Source: Guillardia theta CCMP2712 (taxonomy: Eukaryota > Protista > Cryptophyta). From it: 64,000 nucleotides of DNA. The notes under the pieces are model-generated. The model was not told the origin of the DNA. It ran no database searches and saw only the letters and a program-made list of their open reading frames with translations. A program made the translations under genes and the position numbers. Location: contig NW_005434656.1 in assembly GCF_000315625.1 (NCBI RefSeq), forward strand, positions 355,741-419,740, in the 5' to 3' direction. Shown piece by piece: positions 11,501 to 23,200 of this stretch (position 1 is the first letter of the stretch; each line of letters begins with the position of its first letter).

Positions 11501-11686
11501 ATGCGCACCATTCTCTACGGCAAGAAGGCAGCAAACCTCTACACTCAGGCGTTTGTCCAGAACACCCAGGCTCGTGCTCTCTACCAGGAGTCCGAGGACA
11601 CCTACTACCGCGCCAACGACGCCGCCTCCTACGATGACTGGCGCCGCGCCCGCCACCAGTGGGACTACTTCTACAACCGCCACTAA
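11501..11686 (+). CDS. Small 61-aa Tyr/Asp/Ala-rich protein of unknown function
   Basis: MRTILYGKKAANLYTQAFVQ...QWDYFYNRH*. Strong C/G-ending codon bias against AT-richer flanks. The ATG directly follows a CTGAC...CAG acceptor-like signal. Confidence 0.7.
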   Translation: MRTILYGKKAANLYTQAFVQNTQARALYQESEDTYYRANDAASYDDWRRARHQWDYFYNRH

Positions 11687-11778
11687 GCAGTATGTTGTGT
11701 GTAGTTCCACAGAAAACCTTTGAGGACATGGTGTTTGAATGAAAGTAGGTTCTCTTCACATGCTTAGTCTTTATTCAA

Positions 11779-13783
11779 TTACAAGTTCTCAATCTCATCA
11801 AGTATTTGATCCATCAGACCTTCATCATGGTGATCCAACTGCGAAACAAGAGGCCCATCTTGCTCTTCATTCGTGCTCAGTTGAGGGTTGGGTGGATTCA
11901 AATCGAACTCTGTCAAGTTCAACTTCCGCCCTGCATATTCCTCAAGTTAAATGCAATTCAGAGACATTGAAGAGATGCCCACCTCGTGAGTTTTGACGTC
12001 TAGAGGGAGCCGCTTCCAGAGTCGGAACAAAGCTTTCCCTGTCACAACGTCAATATTTTGAGTCAGCACTGCATGAAAATTCTTACGAATCAGGTTGTGG
12101 CATCGGGTTAGCCGGAGGTGACTCTGTTGTCCCACAAGTTTGAGTCAACGCCCTGTACATGTAAGAACAAAACATACTATTCTCAGACTTGTCTGACTCT
12201 GGTGAGGCCTGTGATTGGCCTGGCATTCCTTGTGAGCATGGACCAGCAACATCCATTGACATAGCACCCAATCGCTTTCCACATGGTGTTCCTTTGCGCT
12301 CCAGTTCGTCTGCTTTGTACCCTGAAGATAAAATCAACTTGCCTTCACTTTAGGGCATTGTTTACACACCAACAGCTGGGAGGCCCAAATGCATACAAAC
12401 TGTGGTGCAACGATGTCGAGTCAAAAAAGCGTTTAGCCCTGCCATGTCAAGGAATCAAAATGAAGATGAGATAAACAGATATCACCCGCTTGTCCAAGAT
12501 TTCCTCTTCCAAATCCCTTCCCAGATTGCGTGTGAATCTGTTGATCACCGTTGTCATTCAGAGCATATACCGAGATGGTTTTTGAGGGGGTGGCTGGAAA
12601 CCTGAGGGTCTGTGTACAAATCTTCCACTCCCTGGTCAAGCTATCAGCGATCTATCGTACAACATGTTTAGGCAATTGTGCCTGAATATCGCAGACAAGA
12701 AGCGAATGGTTGCTTGCTTCCCACGTAAAGTGGCTGCGAAACGCAATGAAGCAGGGAATCTTAAAAAATGGCATCAACCTGAAAGCATTGGGTGTTGCTC
12801 TGTCACAGTCGCCAACTGTTCCACCCACGTTGTTGTTATGCTTTTGAAATACTCCCTGCATGCACATGAGGAATTTTTCGGAGCAGAGCCTCAAGATTCA
12901 ACTCTTACTTCAACAAACTCTTCCACCCCAATCAGCGGCCGACCAGGTCGATCAACCAATTCAAACACGTAGGCTTTGACGAAGTCTTGGAACACCGAAG
13001 TTCAATGAGCTCAAAATCGATTGCACTTGCTGTTGCACATACCTATACTTTTTGGCACATCGCATGCATTGAACTCAATTGCCCACATTTTGGCACACAT
13101 TTGTGCCTATCATGAGGCAGATGTGAACCGCAAGTGGCACGAATAAGCGCTCATCACAAGAACCTGAACATCTCTGTAGTAAGTATTCTTGTCTTCATCT
13201 GGGTCCTTAGAGATCTGGGATAAAGAAATCATTCATTCCTGAAATGCTGCGAGAGTTTTGTGGATTCACCTTGGCTACCACGTTCCTCCTTGTACCATCC
13301 TTACTCACGATCTGCATTCTATAGCATTCACTGCCCGAAAACCTCAATCCGTTATTATTTCACAAGAGATGGCTCCTACCGAAGAGCTCCTTCTGCAAAA
13401 GGAAGATCATCGATGACGCAGTTCTCCACCGACTTGACCCATTCACCTGTTTCAAGGCAAAAATCACCTTGAACACAGCAAGGTGTTTCGAACAGTGGCA
13501 ATCGTTCACACCTTGACAATATCGAAATTCTGGAGGTCCTCCTGATCGAGGAACAAACTCATGCCTGAGAAAGTGTCACATCCACCAAATCCGACTCGCC
13601 AGGTGCAGAGAGGGGGCAAACAATGTTTCAGTGGGGATTTGACTCCGGGAGGGAGGAAACACTGCACAGAGAGCAAGAAGCATCTAGGTCTCACTTCAAG
13701 GCTCTTTCAACTTGTCCTTGAAGCATGCTGCCGTGTCTCTTCTTCCCCTACCAGGCACCTTGCGTTCCTTCTATGCTCGCCAT
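11779..13783 (-). CDS. Alpha-kinase (eEF2K/MHCK family), multi-exon
   Basis: Spliced motifs PFAEGALRECY, NVVAK, YYRDVQAQMCAKMWAIEFN, DFVKAYVFEL, GVEEFVEGVFQKHNNN, TPNAFSHFTWE, LLVCDIQGVEDLYTDPQIH and GKGFGRGNLG. The start and the 3' exons are approximate. Confidence 0.88.
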
Positions 13784-14519
13784 CGCTTCCGATTCCCGCC
13801 ACTTTAAAGTTGGAGGGCAGTGCGCAGCTCGAAATGAACCGGGTGGTTGAGTAAACGACTTGTGAGCACTAATAAAATGAAAGACTTCCGCATGCTCGGC
13901 CGCGTGACTGCGGCACTGACGCCGGTCAGTGCCCGGCCGGCCCGCGGTGCAGCCCGGGGCCAGTGACGGTCGGACGGTCGGAATGGGTGGCTCGGACCGC
14001 CCGCCGCCGTGGCTGCTGTGTACTAGCTATCAACTGCCGCCGGCTCCGCGGCGGTGGCCCGGTGCCGCCCGGCGGCGGGGATGTCGGCATAACTTGGTAA
14101 TCACTGCCGCAAGCTGAGTCGGCGCTGGACCCGCCGGGCCCCAGGCGGCGGTGACTGGCCTGAGGGCCTGAACGGTGCGCGGCGGGCCGGACGGCCGGGC
14201 CGCGGCGGCCGCCCGGCCCCGGACCCGCCGCCGGTTACTTTAGTTACTAATCGTTACGGGCGGTCATTCGGTTTTTCCGTTATTATGACAGTTACAGGGC
14301 TGGTAGGAGCTCATAGATCTTGAAACCATAGGAATGGTTACATTGAAAAAGGTAGGCAAGTTTGGGTAACAATTCAAATATTTCCCCAATTTTATTTATT
14401 CAACTTCGAAAGTATACCACAATCAACATTCAAAATATGACAAAAATTTGAACAATTGTAGCTACATGGTACCGTCCAGCGGAAAACTTGGTATCGGCGG
14501 GAAAGTGCGCGAAGAAATC

Positions 14520-17500
14520 ATGGAAGCTGAAGAGGCCGGTGAGGAAGCATGGTGACCTGGCGATGCTGAACCCTTGCGAAGAGACATGATTTTCAGTAGC
14601 AAACTGTCTTGCATCTGAATGTGTCTTATTCCTTGCAAGGCTCTTCTTGATTGTTGCCCTTGTGCTGGTGTGTGGTGGTCTCCGGTGAAAATATTTGCAT
14701 TGCGCCCTCGCTGACTTTTGAAGGAAAGAGAGTTGTTTATCTGTTTGTTTTGTTGTGCTTGTTTTGAATTTACTTCTGGTCTTGCTTCACCAATGCTTAC
14801 GTGGAGGATATGGAAACAGAGCAATGACATTACCGTGCTTCACAGCAGGTCAGGACTCGGTGATATGCTTAGAAGCCCAAAGATCTTCCAACTCAAGTAT
14901 AATCGAAGGGCTTGCCAGACTCTGGAAGGTGAGCATTCATTCCCCTCTTTTACTAACCTACCCTCGCTACAATTTATCTTCGTTTTCCTCTTGAATGATT
15001 CGTTCTGGTGACAACTTTGTCGCAGAGGGAAGAATTCATAGATTTATATCTCCAAGTTGGCGGCGCCTGCTCTGATAACCCCGAAACGAAGCTGATAGGA
15101 GCTCACAAGATTGTAGTGTCGATGATAAGTGAAAAGCTGAAACGGATTATGACAGAAGAACATGAAAGAAGGCGCAGAGACAGAGAAGACGCAATGGCAG
15201 CCATGCGTGCACAAAAACGAGAACATGATGAAGAACGACAGGAGAGAACTGACAGACTAACTTCAGACAGCCAAGGATTACGCAGAAAGCGCAACCATAA
15301 GCAGAATGGCATGGGTGCAGACTTTTCTCATTCAGACAGAAGTACGGATGCTGGTTCTACGCTGAGCATGCAACTGGATTCTAACTCCGCTGGCAAACTC
15401 CAGTCGGACAAATTTGACGACGGAAAGGCTCATAATGGTGCGAGCAATCATTTTGGCAAAGATGAACAACGGGGCAACGTTCAAAGAAAGGATGAATCTC
15501 GAAATGGGAAACATGCACAGGGTTCTGACTTTCATGCTGCCAATTCTGCCGATATTTTGGATGGGAGTGATTATCAAATGTATTCGTTTGGAATGCCGTA
15601 TGGGCCTGGAATAAACTGTATGGCAATTCGTATCAGAGAAAATCAGCATACTATCGCTTTTGATGATCGAAACACCAACATCAAATATTCATTAATGGAA
15701 TTAGCAACCAACATGAGCAATATGGGCTACCTTGAATTTTACGAATGGTTTCCTCAGCATGATTTGGATAGAGCCGGCATCACCGGAATCAACACTTCTC
15801 TAGCGAACCAATTGCTAGGCGAAAACCCAAAGAGATACTTCAGAAGCCCTCGTTTGCGAAGAGTTCTCCGATGCAGCTCCGAGGGGGAGCAACCTGACAT
15901 GGGTAACGGAGAGATATGGAATGTGGGAGATCTCATATACGAAGTGAAAACTTTTCATAACGGGTTGCTGACGCTGCCAGGCTCTGCAAACTTTGAATAC
16001 TGCGAAATAGAAAACGAAGAGCAAGAAATTGTGAATGCTTGCCGTTTGCATGCGGAATGCGCATCATCTTCCACCAGGGTTGCAGTTGACGACGATGTGA
16101 TCATTGTGCCTGAAGACGACATGGAGCCTGTATTTCTTCGGGTTGATCGTATTCTAGCAAAAAACGGAGTTCCGATTTCAGATCGTACAGCTGCAGATGA
16201 AGAACAGATTGGAATGTGTAGACCTTTCTGCTCTCCCCAAATGCCTGACGTCCCGGGAAGCAAGACTGCTGAGTTTTACATCTCTGGTCATCAATTTTAT
16301 GTGGTAGATGGCATGAGCGTTCCTGGTCCAAGTAATTCAGCACAGGAAAAAGTATATTTCCGACTGAGTGATGAGAGGAAAACTTTTCCCTTCACAGATC
16401 TCGTGAACCATATAGTGCTCAGTCAAGAAACTGATCCCCAGAACAAGACCTATTCTTTGACAAAACTAGACCAGACGATTGTGTATCGAAAGATTGTTGA
16501 ACGACAAGATCTTTTGTCTTCCAGAAAGATGATCTGCAAGTCATGCAAGCAGGTTTTCCAGGAAAAACATATTTTTTCTAAGCACATCGCTCGATGCCAA
16601 CGAGGGAAGAATATTGGGAGTGAAAAGCTTTTAGACGGTTTCAATCATTTGGGTGGCAATCAGGATAGCAACAAGCGCAACGACAAGCCACTCTCAGATG
16701 CGAGAAAGAGTGCCAGTGAAAGGAAGCAAAATGATCATCACCAGACATCGACTAACGAAGGTTTCCATGACATGGCATGGATAGCTCAAGCATTTGAAGC
16801 AAGGTATGGTACTGGAGATAGCATGGACACCGGCGCTTGTGATGCCTCGTCGCCCGTTCTAAGTCACCAAGGGTCTTATCATGTCGACGATCTTCACTTG
16901 GGACTCTCGCCTCCGCGCCCTCAGAATGTTTCAAGAGTGGCCGATCCTGGAACCAATACAGGTGATCACACAGACAGAAACAGGCATGCTGAGAACGACG
17001 AACAATCTCTATCCATCAGTAATGTCGATCTGGGAGTAGATGCCAGTATTGAGGTCTGTGGGCCCATTGTCCTGAACTTCCCACAGGTACGTCGGGTGTT
17101 GTGGTTTAGCTGCTTTTGCCTGAGCTTGTTGACAGATTCACCCAAAAGCTATGTATTACATACTTGAATACCATTACTATGGTCAGACTACGTTACCAAA
17201 TTTAGAAGTTCTACTTCTATTCGCAAATGCTGTGAAGGAACTGGAAATTGATGAGCTTATCAACACAGTGAAGGACAAAATCTCTCGGTCTGTGAATGCA
17301 GAGACTTGTGTACCGATAATGCAGAGGAGTCCTCCAGCGGTATGCCATCTTGATGGCTTTGCATTCTTAGAGAGTCTTATTTCTGCCTGCCAGTGGACGG
17401 AGCCTTTCCATGTCGCATGGAGATTCGCACTTTCCAATTTCGAAGAAGTGGCGAAGTCAAGCACATTTTTACATCTTGATGCACATGTCTCTTTTCTATC

Positions 17501-18134
17501 CTTGTTATCTCGCTCTCTGTCCCCCTTTCCCCTCTCGCTTGGCCCCCCTGCCCTTCCCCCTCCATCCTCCCTTCCCTTTGCTTTCCTCTCTCTCGCACTC
17601 TAATATGGATCGCAGAGGCTAGAGGAGCTGCTAAAACAGGATCAGCTCAACGTGAACTCGGAGTGGGACTTGTATCAACATCTTCTACGATGGATGTGCT
17701 CAGGCGATGCTGAGGACATCTCACATGCAGAGGTTGTAGAGGGTTTCTTTGCCAACAATGGAGTGGCAAGGAGGGGACACTCGTTGCTCTCTCTCGTTCG
17801 CTGGCCGCTCCTGGGATCGGAGAAACTCACCAGATTTGTATGGAGAGACAAGCGGCTCATCGGAAACTTCTGGTCAGAGGTAACGTCAATGAGATAGCGC
17901 ATGCCTGTCAGGTGATTCTTGTCTTGATCCTCACAGGCACAACCGTACGTGGAAGAGGCGATGGCTCTGCTTCTTGCTGGGGCCCAACGTGACGAGATAG
18001 TGGCGGCTCACCATGCAGGCGAGAAAAGCTGTGAGCTGCACCTCTCTGAGATCCACTGGACGCCGAGGATCGGACAGAACTATGCTGAAGTCATGGAAGA
18101 AATCTCGTCTGGGATGGTCGAAGCTCTCTCATGA
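14520..18134 (+). CDS. BTB/POZ-BACK protein with large insertion (possible BAH-like region and C2H2/C2HC finger)
   Basis: BTB N-half LARLWKREEFIDLYLQVG...AHKIVVSMISEKLKRIM. BTB C-half IHPKAMYYILEYHYYGQ...ELEIDELINTV. BACK NFEEVAKSSTFLHL...LNVNSEWDLYQHLLRW...LLSLVRWPLL. CKSCKQVF..KHIFSKHIARC lies in the insert. Confidence 0.8.
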
Positions 18135-18342
18135 CAAGGTGGCCTCCTGCCCTCAGCCGCCACATGGTCATCAAGGGAGATGACAAATGTTGAATATATA
18201 TGTTTAGACATGTTGATAGTTGGTTGTAGTCTTCAAGGGATATTAACATTCAAAATGAACTGTTCTATCATTCTACATCCCCGCATTCCGTATTCTTGCG
18301 CTCTTGCAGTTGATGTCGGTGTGTGGCGGCTCCTCCTCTCCG

Positions 18343-19041
18343 TCAGTTGTCGTCCACCATCCTAAGAAGGTTCTCATCGGACAGGCTGTCGGTGACTCCA
18401 TCCGTCAGGGCATCCTTGGGGCCCTCCTTGGACAGCAAGATGCGCGTGATGAGGTGAAGGAGTAGTCCAATAGGCCCGAAGAGCATCGTCGCTATCAGGC
18501 TCAAGGTGGCAGGCACTCGGTTCCTCAGCGCATCGAAGAAGATCCAGCGTCCGACGAAGAGGTCGAAGCAGATGTGATGAGACCAGCTGGAAGAAACAAC
18601 AGCTTGATGTGAGAACAGAGCTGCAAGCCCAGACAAGGATGAAAAACTGGAGGCCGCTACTGAAATCTCCGGCTTGGTGAAGGACGTGATGAGGTTAAAC
18701 ACATACAATGCGATGAAAGGCAGGAAGATCGCCATGGAGCTCATCACAGACTGAGCTTTCCTGCTCTTGGGGAACAAGATCATCAGCGACCAGAGAGGAA
18801 CAGCAGCCAGGTTGTTGGCCACGAACAGAGACTCGGCACCGACCATCCGAACACGTACATCATCCCCTGCCCTCGTCGGATGCCTCGGCTTTTGGTGGAA
18901 GGGGCGCGGGGTGAGGAGACGTAGAGGATTCGAGGTATGACGGAGACCAACCGGACCAGCAGGAGGAGGGCGGATGCTCAAGACCTCAACCTCGTGAGGC
19001 AGCAATAGAGCCGCGAACGCCACCATCGCCACCCGTGCCAT
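18343..19041 (-). CDS. ABA4-like / DUF4281 membrane protein, probably plastid-targeted, intronless
   Basis: VPLWSLMILFPKS, LFS...SWSHHICFDLFVGRWIFFDA and LIATMLFGPIGLLLH match the ABA4 family. N-terminal hydrophobic signal followed by an R/P-rich transit-like stretch. Confidence 0.85.
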   Translation of the reverse strand: MARVAMVAFAALLLPHEVEVLSIRPPPAGPVGLRHTSNPLRLLTPRPFHQKPRHPTRAGDDVRVRMVGAESLFVANNLAAVPLWSLMILFPKSRKAQSVMSSMAIFLPFIALYVFNLITSFTKPEISVAASSFSSLSGLAALFSHQAVVSSSWSHHICFDLFVGRWIFFDALRNRVPATLSLIATMLFGPIGLLLHLITRILLSKEGPKDALTDGVTDSLSDENLLRMVDDN

Positions 19042-20261
19042 GCCTGCGCCGTTACACAAATTAGCCTGTGCCCAAGTCACGACTGAAACGACGGACGGTC
19101 GGACCGGCCACCCCAGGCCGGCCCGGCGGCCCGGCCCGGGCTGCCCGGCGCGGCCTTATCATCGGATCCGACGGACTCCGGACTAAGTTGACTCTGTGAA
19201 GTTAAGTCCGACTCGGCGGCAACTTACCCGCCGCACCGGCGCCCGGGTGACACCGGCGCCATCCGGCCCGTACGCTACTACGGTACTTGAAGCCTTGACC
19301 GACGGCGTGACTGAGTATTTACCTTTGAGTAAAGGAGTATTTACCCACCGAGTTGTGACATCCGGCCTCGGAGGCTCCTTCAAGTATGGCCGCCCCTGTG
19401 GCCGCCCGGCCCGGGCCACCGCTAGCACTGCGGCCGGGCTGCTGCATCTACAAATGGCACTTCAGTAGTAAAAGCTTTAAAAAAGGATCTTTTACACAAG
19501 AGGTCAAAAGTTAGATGAGGTGAAGGTCCAAACGCTGTGATATCAAAACGTATCAGATCTGCTGAAAATAAGAATAATACTTATTGGTACGTAACCCCAC
19601 CCCACCTCCAACCCCTTGTCAACCATGCTCGACACCTTGAGCTCTCGTAGACTAGCGATAGAGATAAACCTTCTACCCTTACCCCTACTGCACAACATTC
19701 CTCAGGCTCTACCCCACCCGTAGACTGCCCGTGTTTCAGTCATTCTACCCCCACCTTCTCGTGAGACCACAGCGGAACCCCACCCCGAGCCTCCACCCTG
19801 TGCTCGTGGTCACATGAGATAGAACTTTTACGATACTACTTTCTAATTTTAAATTTGTTCTCAATAATTCTTTTCTGAAAATTCAATATTTATACAACAA
19901 ATTAGAAAATGTAATGGAACTTTTGAGTAATCGCTGGAACTTTTCGATTACTACTACCCGGAAAAATTGATTTTACCAGGCAGGCACTGCGAAATGCAGG
20001 GCGCGTAGCCTAGTAGGATTGGAGGAAGGGTGTCCCGAAGCCGCAACAATGCAGGAAGGATTCGGCCGAGGAAGATAAAGTGAGTATCAGTATGAGAAGG
20101 ATGGAAAACAAGTTGAGATGGAAGTGAGGGCAAATGTGTTGAAGGAAGGCCATACGTATGTTAGAACCTGCGCAGGCCCCCGTTTCGTGCATCACGGATA
20201 GCAGCAATTATAAGGTAGGGAGACATCAGTACCATGAGTTGATGAGCAGAACACTTTAAAC

Positions 20262-23200
20262 ATGGCCGGAGAAGATGCATGACCTCCTCCATGATTCCTC
20301 GAGCAGGGCATTCACCTTCTTCGCAACTGCTCAAGTTTTGAAGGAGTAAAAGAGCTGATTGCTTTTGTAGCAGGACATGCGAGAGGAGACTGAGCTGCAC
20401 AGGAACCGCGAAATGAAGTTCAGAGAGTGAAGGAGAGTCTTGTCTCCATGTCTGTGCTCGTTTGATACAGGAGATGGGCGGGGAGTGCCGGTGAGCAGAC
20501 AAGCCAACGGAAACATGGAGACAGCTTGTAAGGGTGAAGGGCAAGTGGCAACGCCATCCAAAGAGACCTCAAGTGCTTTCTTGAACCTGGATAAGATTAT
20601 GTTCTTTGGTGGGTTCCACGATAGAGAGATGGAGCAGCAGTTGCGGAACGACCTTGACGACGACGCCCAGACTGAAAGTGCTGCACTGCAATTGGCGTCC
20701 CTTGTTGCGGCTGACCTTCATGCCAGGCCATGTGCGTCTGTGGGGTGTTGTCATCATGAGCATCGACTGCTTTTCCATGGTGTACCTGTTTGCTGTCTCC
20801 TGCGTTCAGACGTACCTCGCGCAAGACTGTAAGAGCGACTGGAGTTCACGGATGGAGGTGGTGTCGTGACAGTGCTCGATATGCATGACTCAGTATGTCG
20901 AGCAGGTCTATCTTAACGGGGCTCAGAGTGTCATGTCAGCTGCCAGTCTTGTCTTTCTCACTTACGACAACATTCCGGTGAGATAGAGCTCAGATGCCAA
21001 AGAGCTTAGCGGGATTGACATGCACTGATATGCTCTGTACAGACAAGGACGAGGTTCCGAGGTGTTCGGTGGCTTCTGAGAATGAGGAACGTTGTGCTCA
21101 TCTTCTGTGCTCTTCAAGAACAGGCAACATAAACGTGTTGGCTGCGGTTTGAAAGATCTCACCGTTGGACAGCTTTCTCGCGGGAAAGTGGAATGGGCCT
21201 CGGGGCGCTACTTGCACATCCACACCCTCGTTCAGGTGCCGTTGCTCCAGGGAGCTAGTAGCAGGGGATGAAGAGGTTGTAGGTGTTGTGCGGTCATATC
21301 ATATGGAGGTCGCAACTGGAACACCATGCATGGATCTTGTCCTTGAACTGGATGAAACCTCTGCTCCGAGCCATGTTTCACCTAGTGGTGCGGATGTTTG
21401 TCTGATCGACGCTGTGGTACGCATGTTGGTGCGTGTGACTGACAGTCTTTGCAGATGTTCAAGACGGAGCTGCAGAGAACAGGTGATGTTCATCAGCATC
21501 GTTGTGTGATCAATTGAAGGAACAAGCAGATGCGTTGATGTTCCTGAAGAAGATCTTCTCCAAGCACGAGAAGGTTCCAATGTCAGCGGACGACATTGTG
21601 AGTTGCCTTGCTGCTCTTGACTTGATGCATTCACCAATCTTTCTTGTATGTGTCATTTGTCTGATGTCTGACATGTCTGGTTTCGGGCCTTCCATCCTCT
21701 CATCTCTTCCTCGCAGTACGAGCTCGTAACCATCGTGGGATTCACGATTTTATCGTTCTTTGTGCTCCACCGCAGCCACATGTCCGTGAGACGGAACTGG
21801 CTGCTAATGTTCAACGAGCCCAGAAGAATCATCGGGGGAGTCGTGAAGAATGCCGAGTCGAGCTGGTTGAACAACATGCAGCACGCCAGCTTCATGGAGC
21901 AAGAAGATGAATATTACACGCCAGGAGATGTAGAAGTGTTGAAAGGAAAGGTGGGTGTGCGGCGTTTCAAAGACGGGACTGGCTCTCTTGAGTTTTGACG
22001 TCTTGCTCCCCCAGTGGCAAGCTCAAAGCTTCACGTACGGGAACAGCGGATCTCCGACTGGAGGTGAGAAGGCTTGCGGCACGTGGACCTTCAACGATGA
22101 TCGTCCTCTCACAGCAGGCAGCATGAAGCATGGTGTCTACGGGGAGGATTGGCACATGACAGACGTAGTGGTGTGTATGGAGGGAGGCCGCCGCGACCTC
22201 TGCTGACCATCTGGGTTCTTAGCTGGGATCCGGGACGTATGGATGTGTCTACAAGGTGATGATGTGAAAGAGGACAGGAGAGTAGGAGAAGGAGGGGGAC
22301 GGGAAGGAAGGGAAAGGGGGAGAAGGGAGCAGGAGAGGTGGGGGTGGGGTGGGGTGGGGTGGGGTGGAACGAGTGTGTGAGAGCCGTCGAACAACCAGGG
22401 GCTGAGCATAAAGACTGGGGAAGAGCTTGCGGTGAAGACAACGATCGTCAAGGTGAGGGCGAGAAATTTCAAGGCGTGCGGGAGATGAAGGGAGACGCAG
22501 AGGAAGAACCTTGCAAGCGGGATGACTCAGCTAGAGCGCGAGCTCAAGATGTTGGAGGTGCAGCATGGAGGTTGTTGCAGTCGGAGTAGCTCGTGACCTC
22601 CCTGCCAGAGGTTCTCCCACAAGAACATCGTGCAGTACAAGGGAGCTTGCTTCCGCGGCGACCAGCTCTACCTCTTCCTTGAGTTCTGCCATGGCGGGAG
22701 GTACCTCGCGCTGTTCTCCTGGAGCGCACGCCTCTGAGGGTTTCCCGCTCCTCTCCCAGCTTGTCAAGGTGCCTGGAGGTCTGTGGAGCTTTCAACGAAA
22801 CTCTAGCTCGTGCCTTCGCACGGGATGTGACAGAGGTTTACCTCCTCCTCTCTTCTTCTCATCTTCTCTGCTCTACTGCTTTCCTGTCCTATCCTGTCTC
22901 GTCCCGTCCTGTCCTGTCCTGTCCTGTCCTGTCCTGTCCTGTCCCCTCCTCTCCTTCCCTTCCTTAGCCCTCCTGACTTCAACGCAGGGGTTGGCTTACT
23001 TGCACTCCCATGGCATCGTTCACAGGCTTGAGCAGTGCTTGCTCCTCTTGCCTTGAGTGACTCAGCGCAGAGACGTCAAGAGCGGCAACTGCCTCCTGTC
23101 GCACGAAGGGATTTTGAAGCTCGCTGACTTCGGGGCGGTGAGAGAGAGAAGTTGAGGGAGCGACTGAAGGAGTGGGCAGGAGGAGAGGAGGGGAAAATGT

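Noticed and set aside
19289-19315. Upstream + strand ORF peptide EALTDGVTE resembling ABA4 C-terminal DALTDGVTD
   Set aside because: Only 9 residues within a non-coding GC patch, with no extension on either side. Treated as coincidence.
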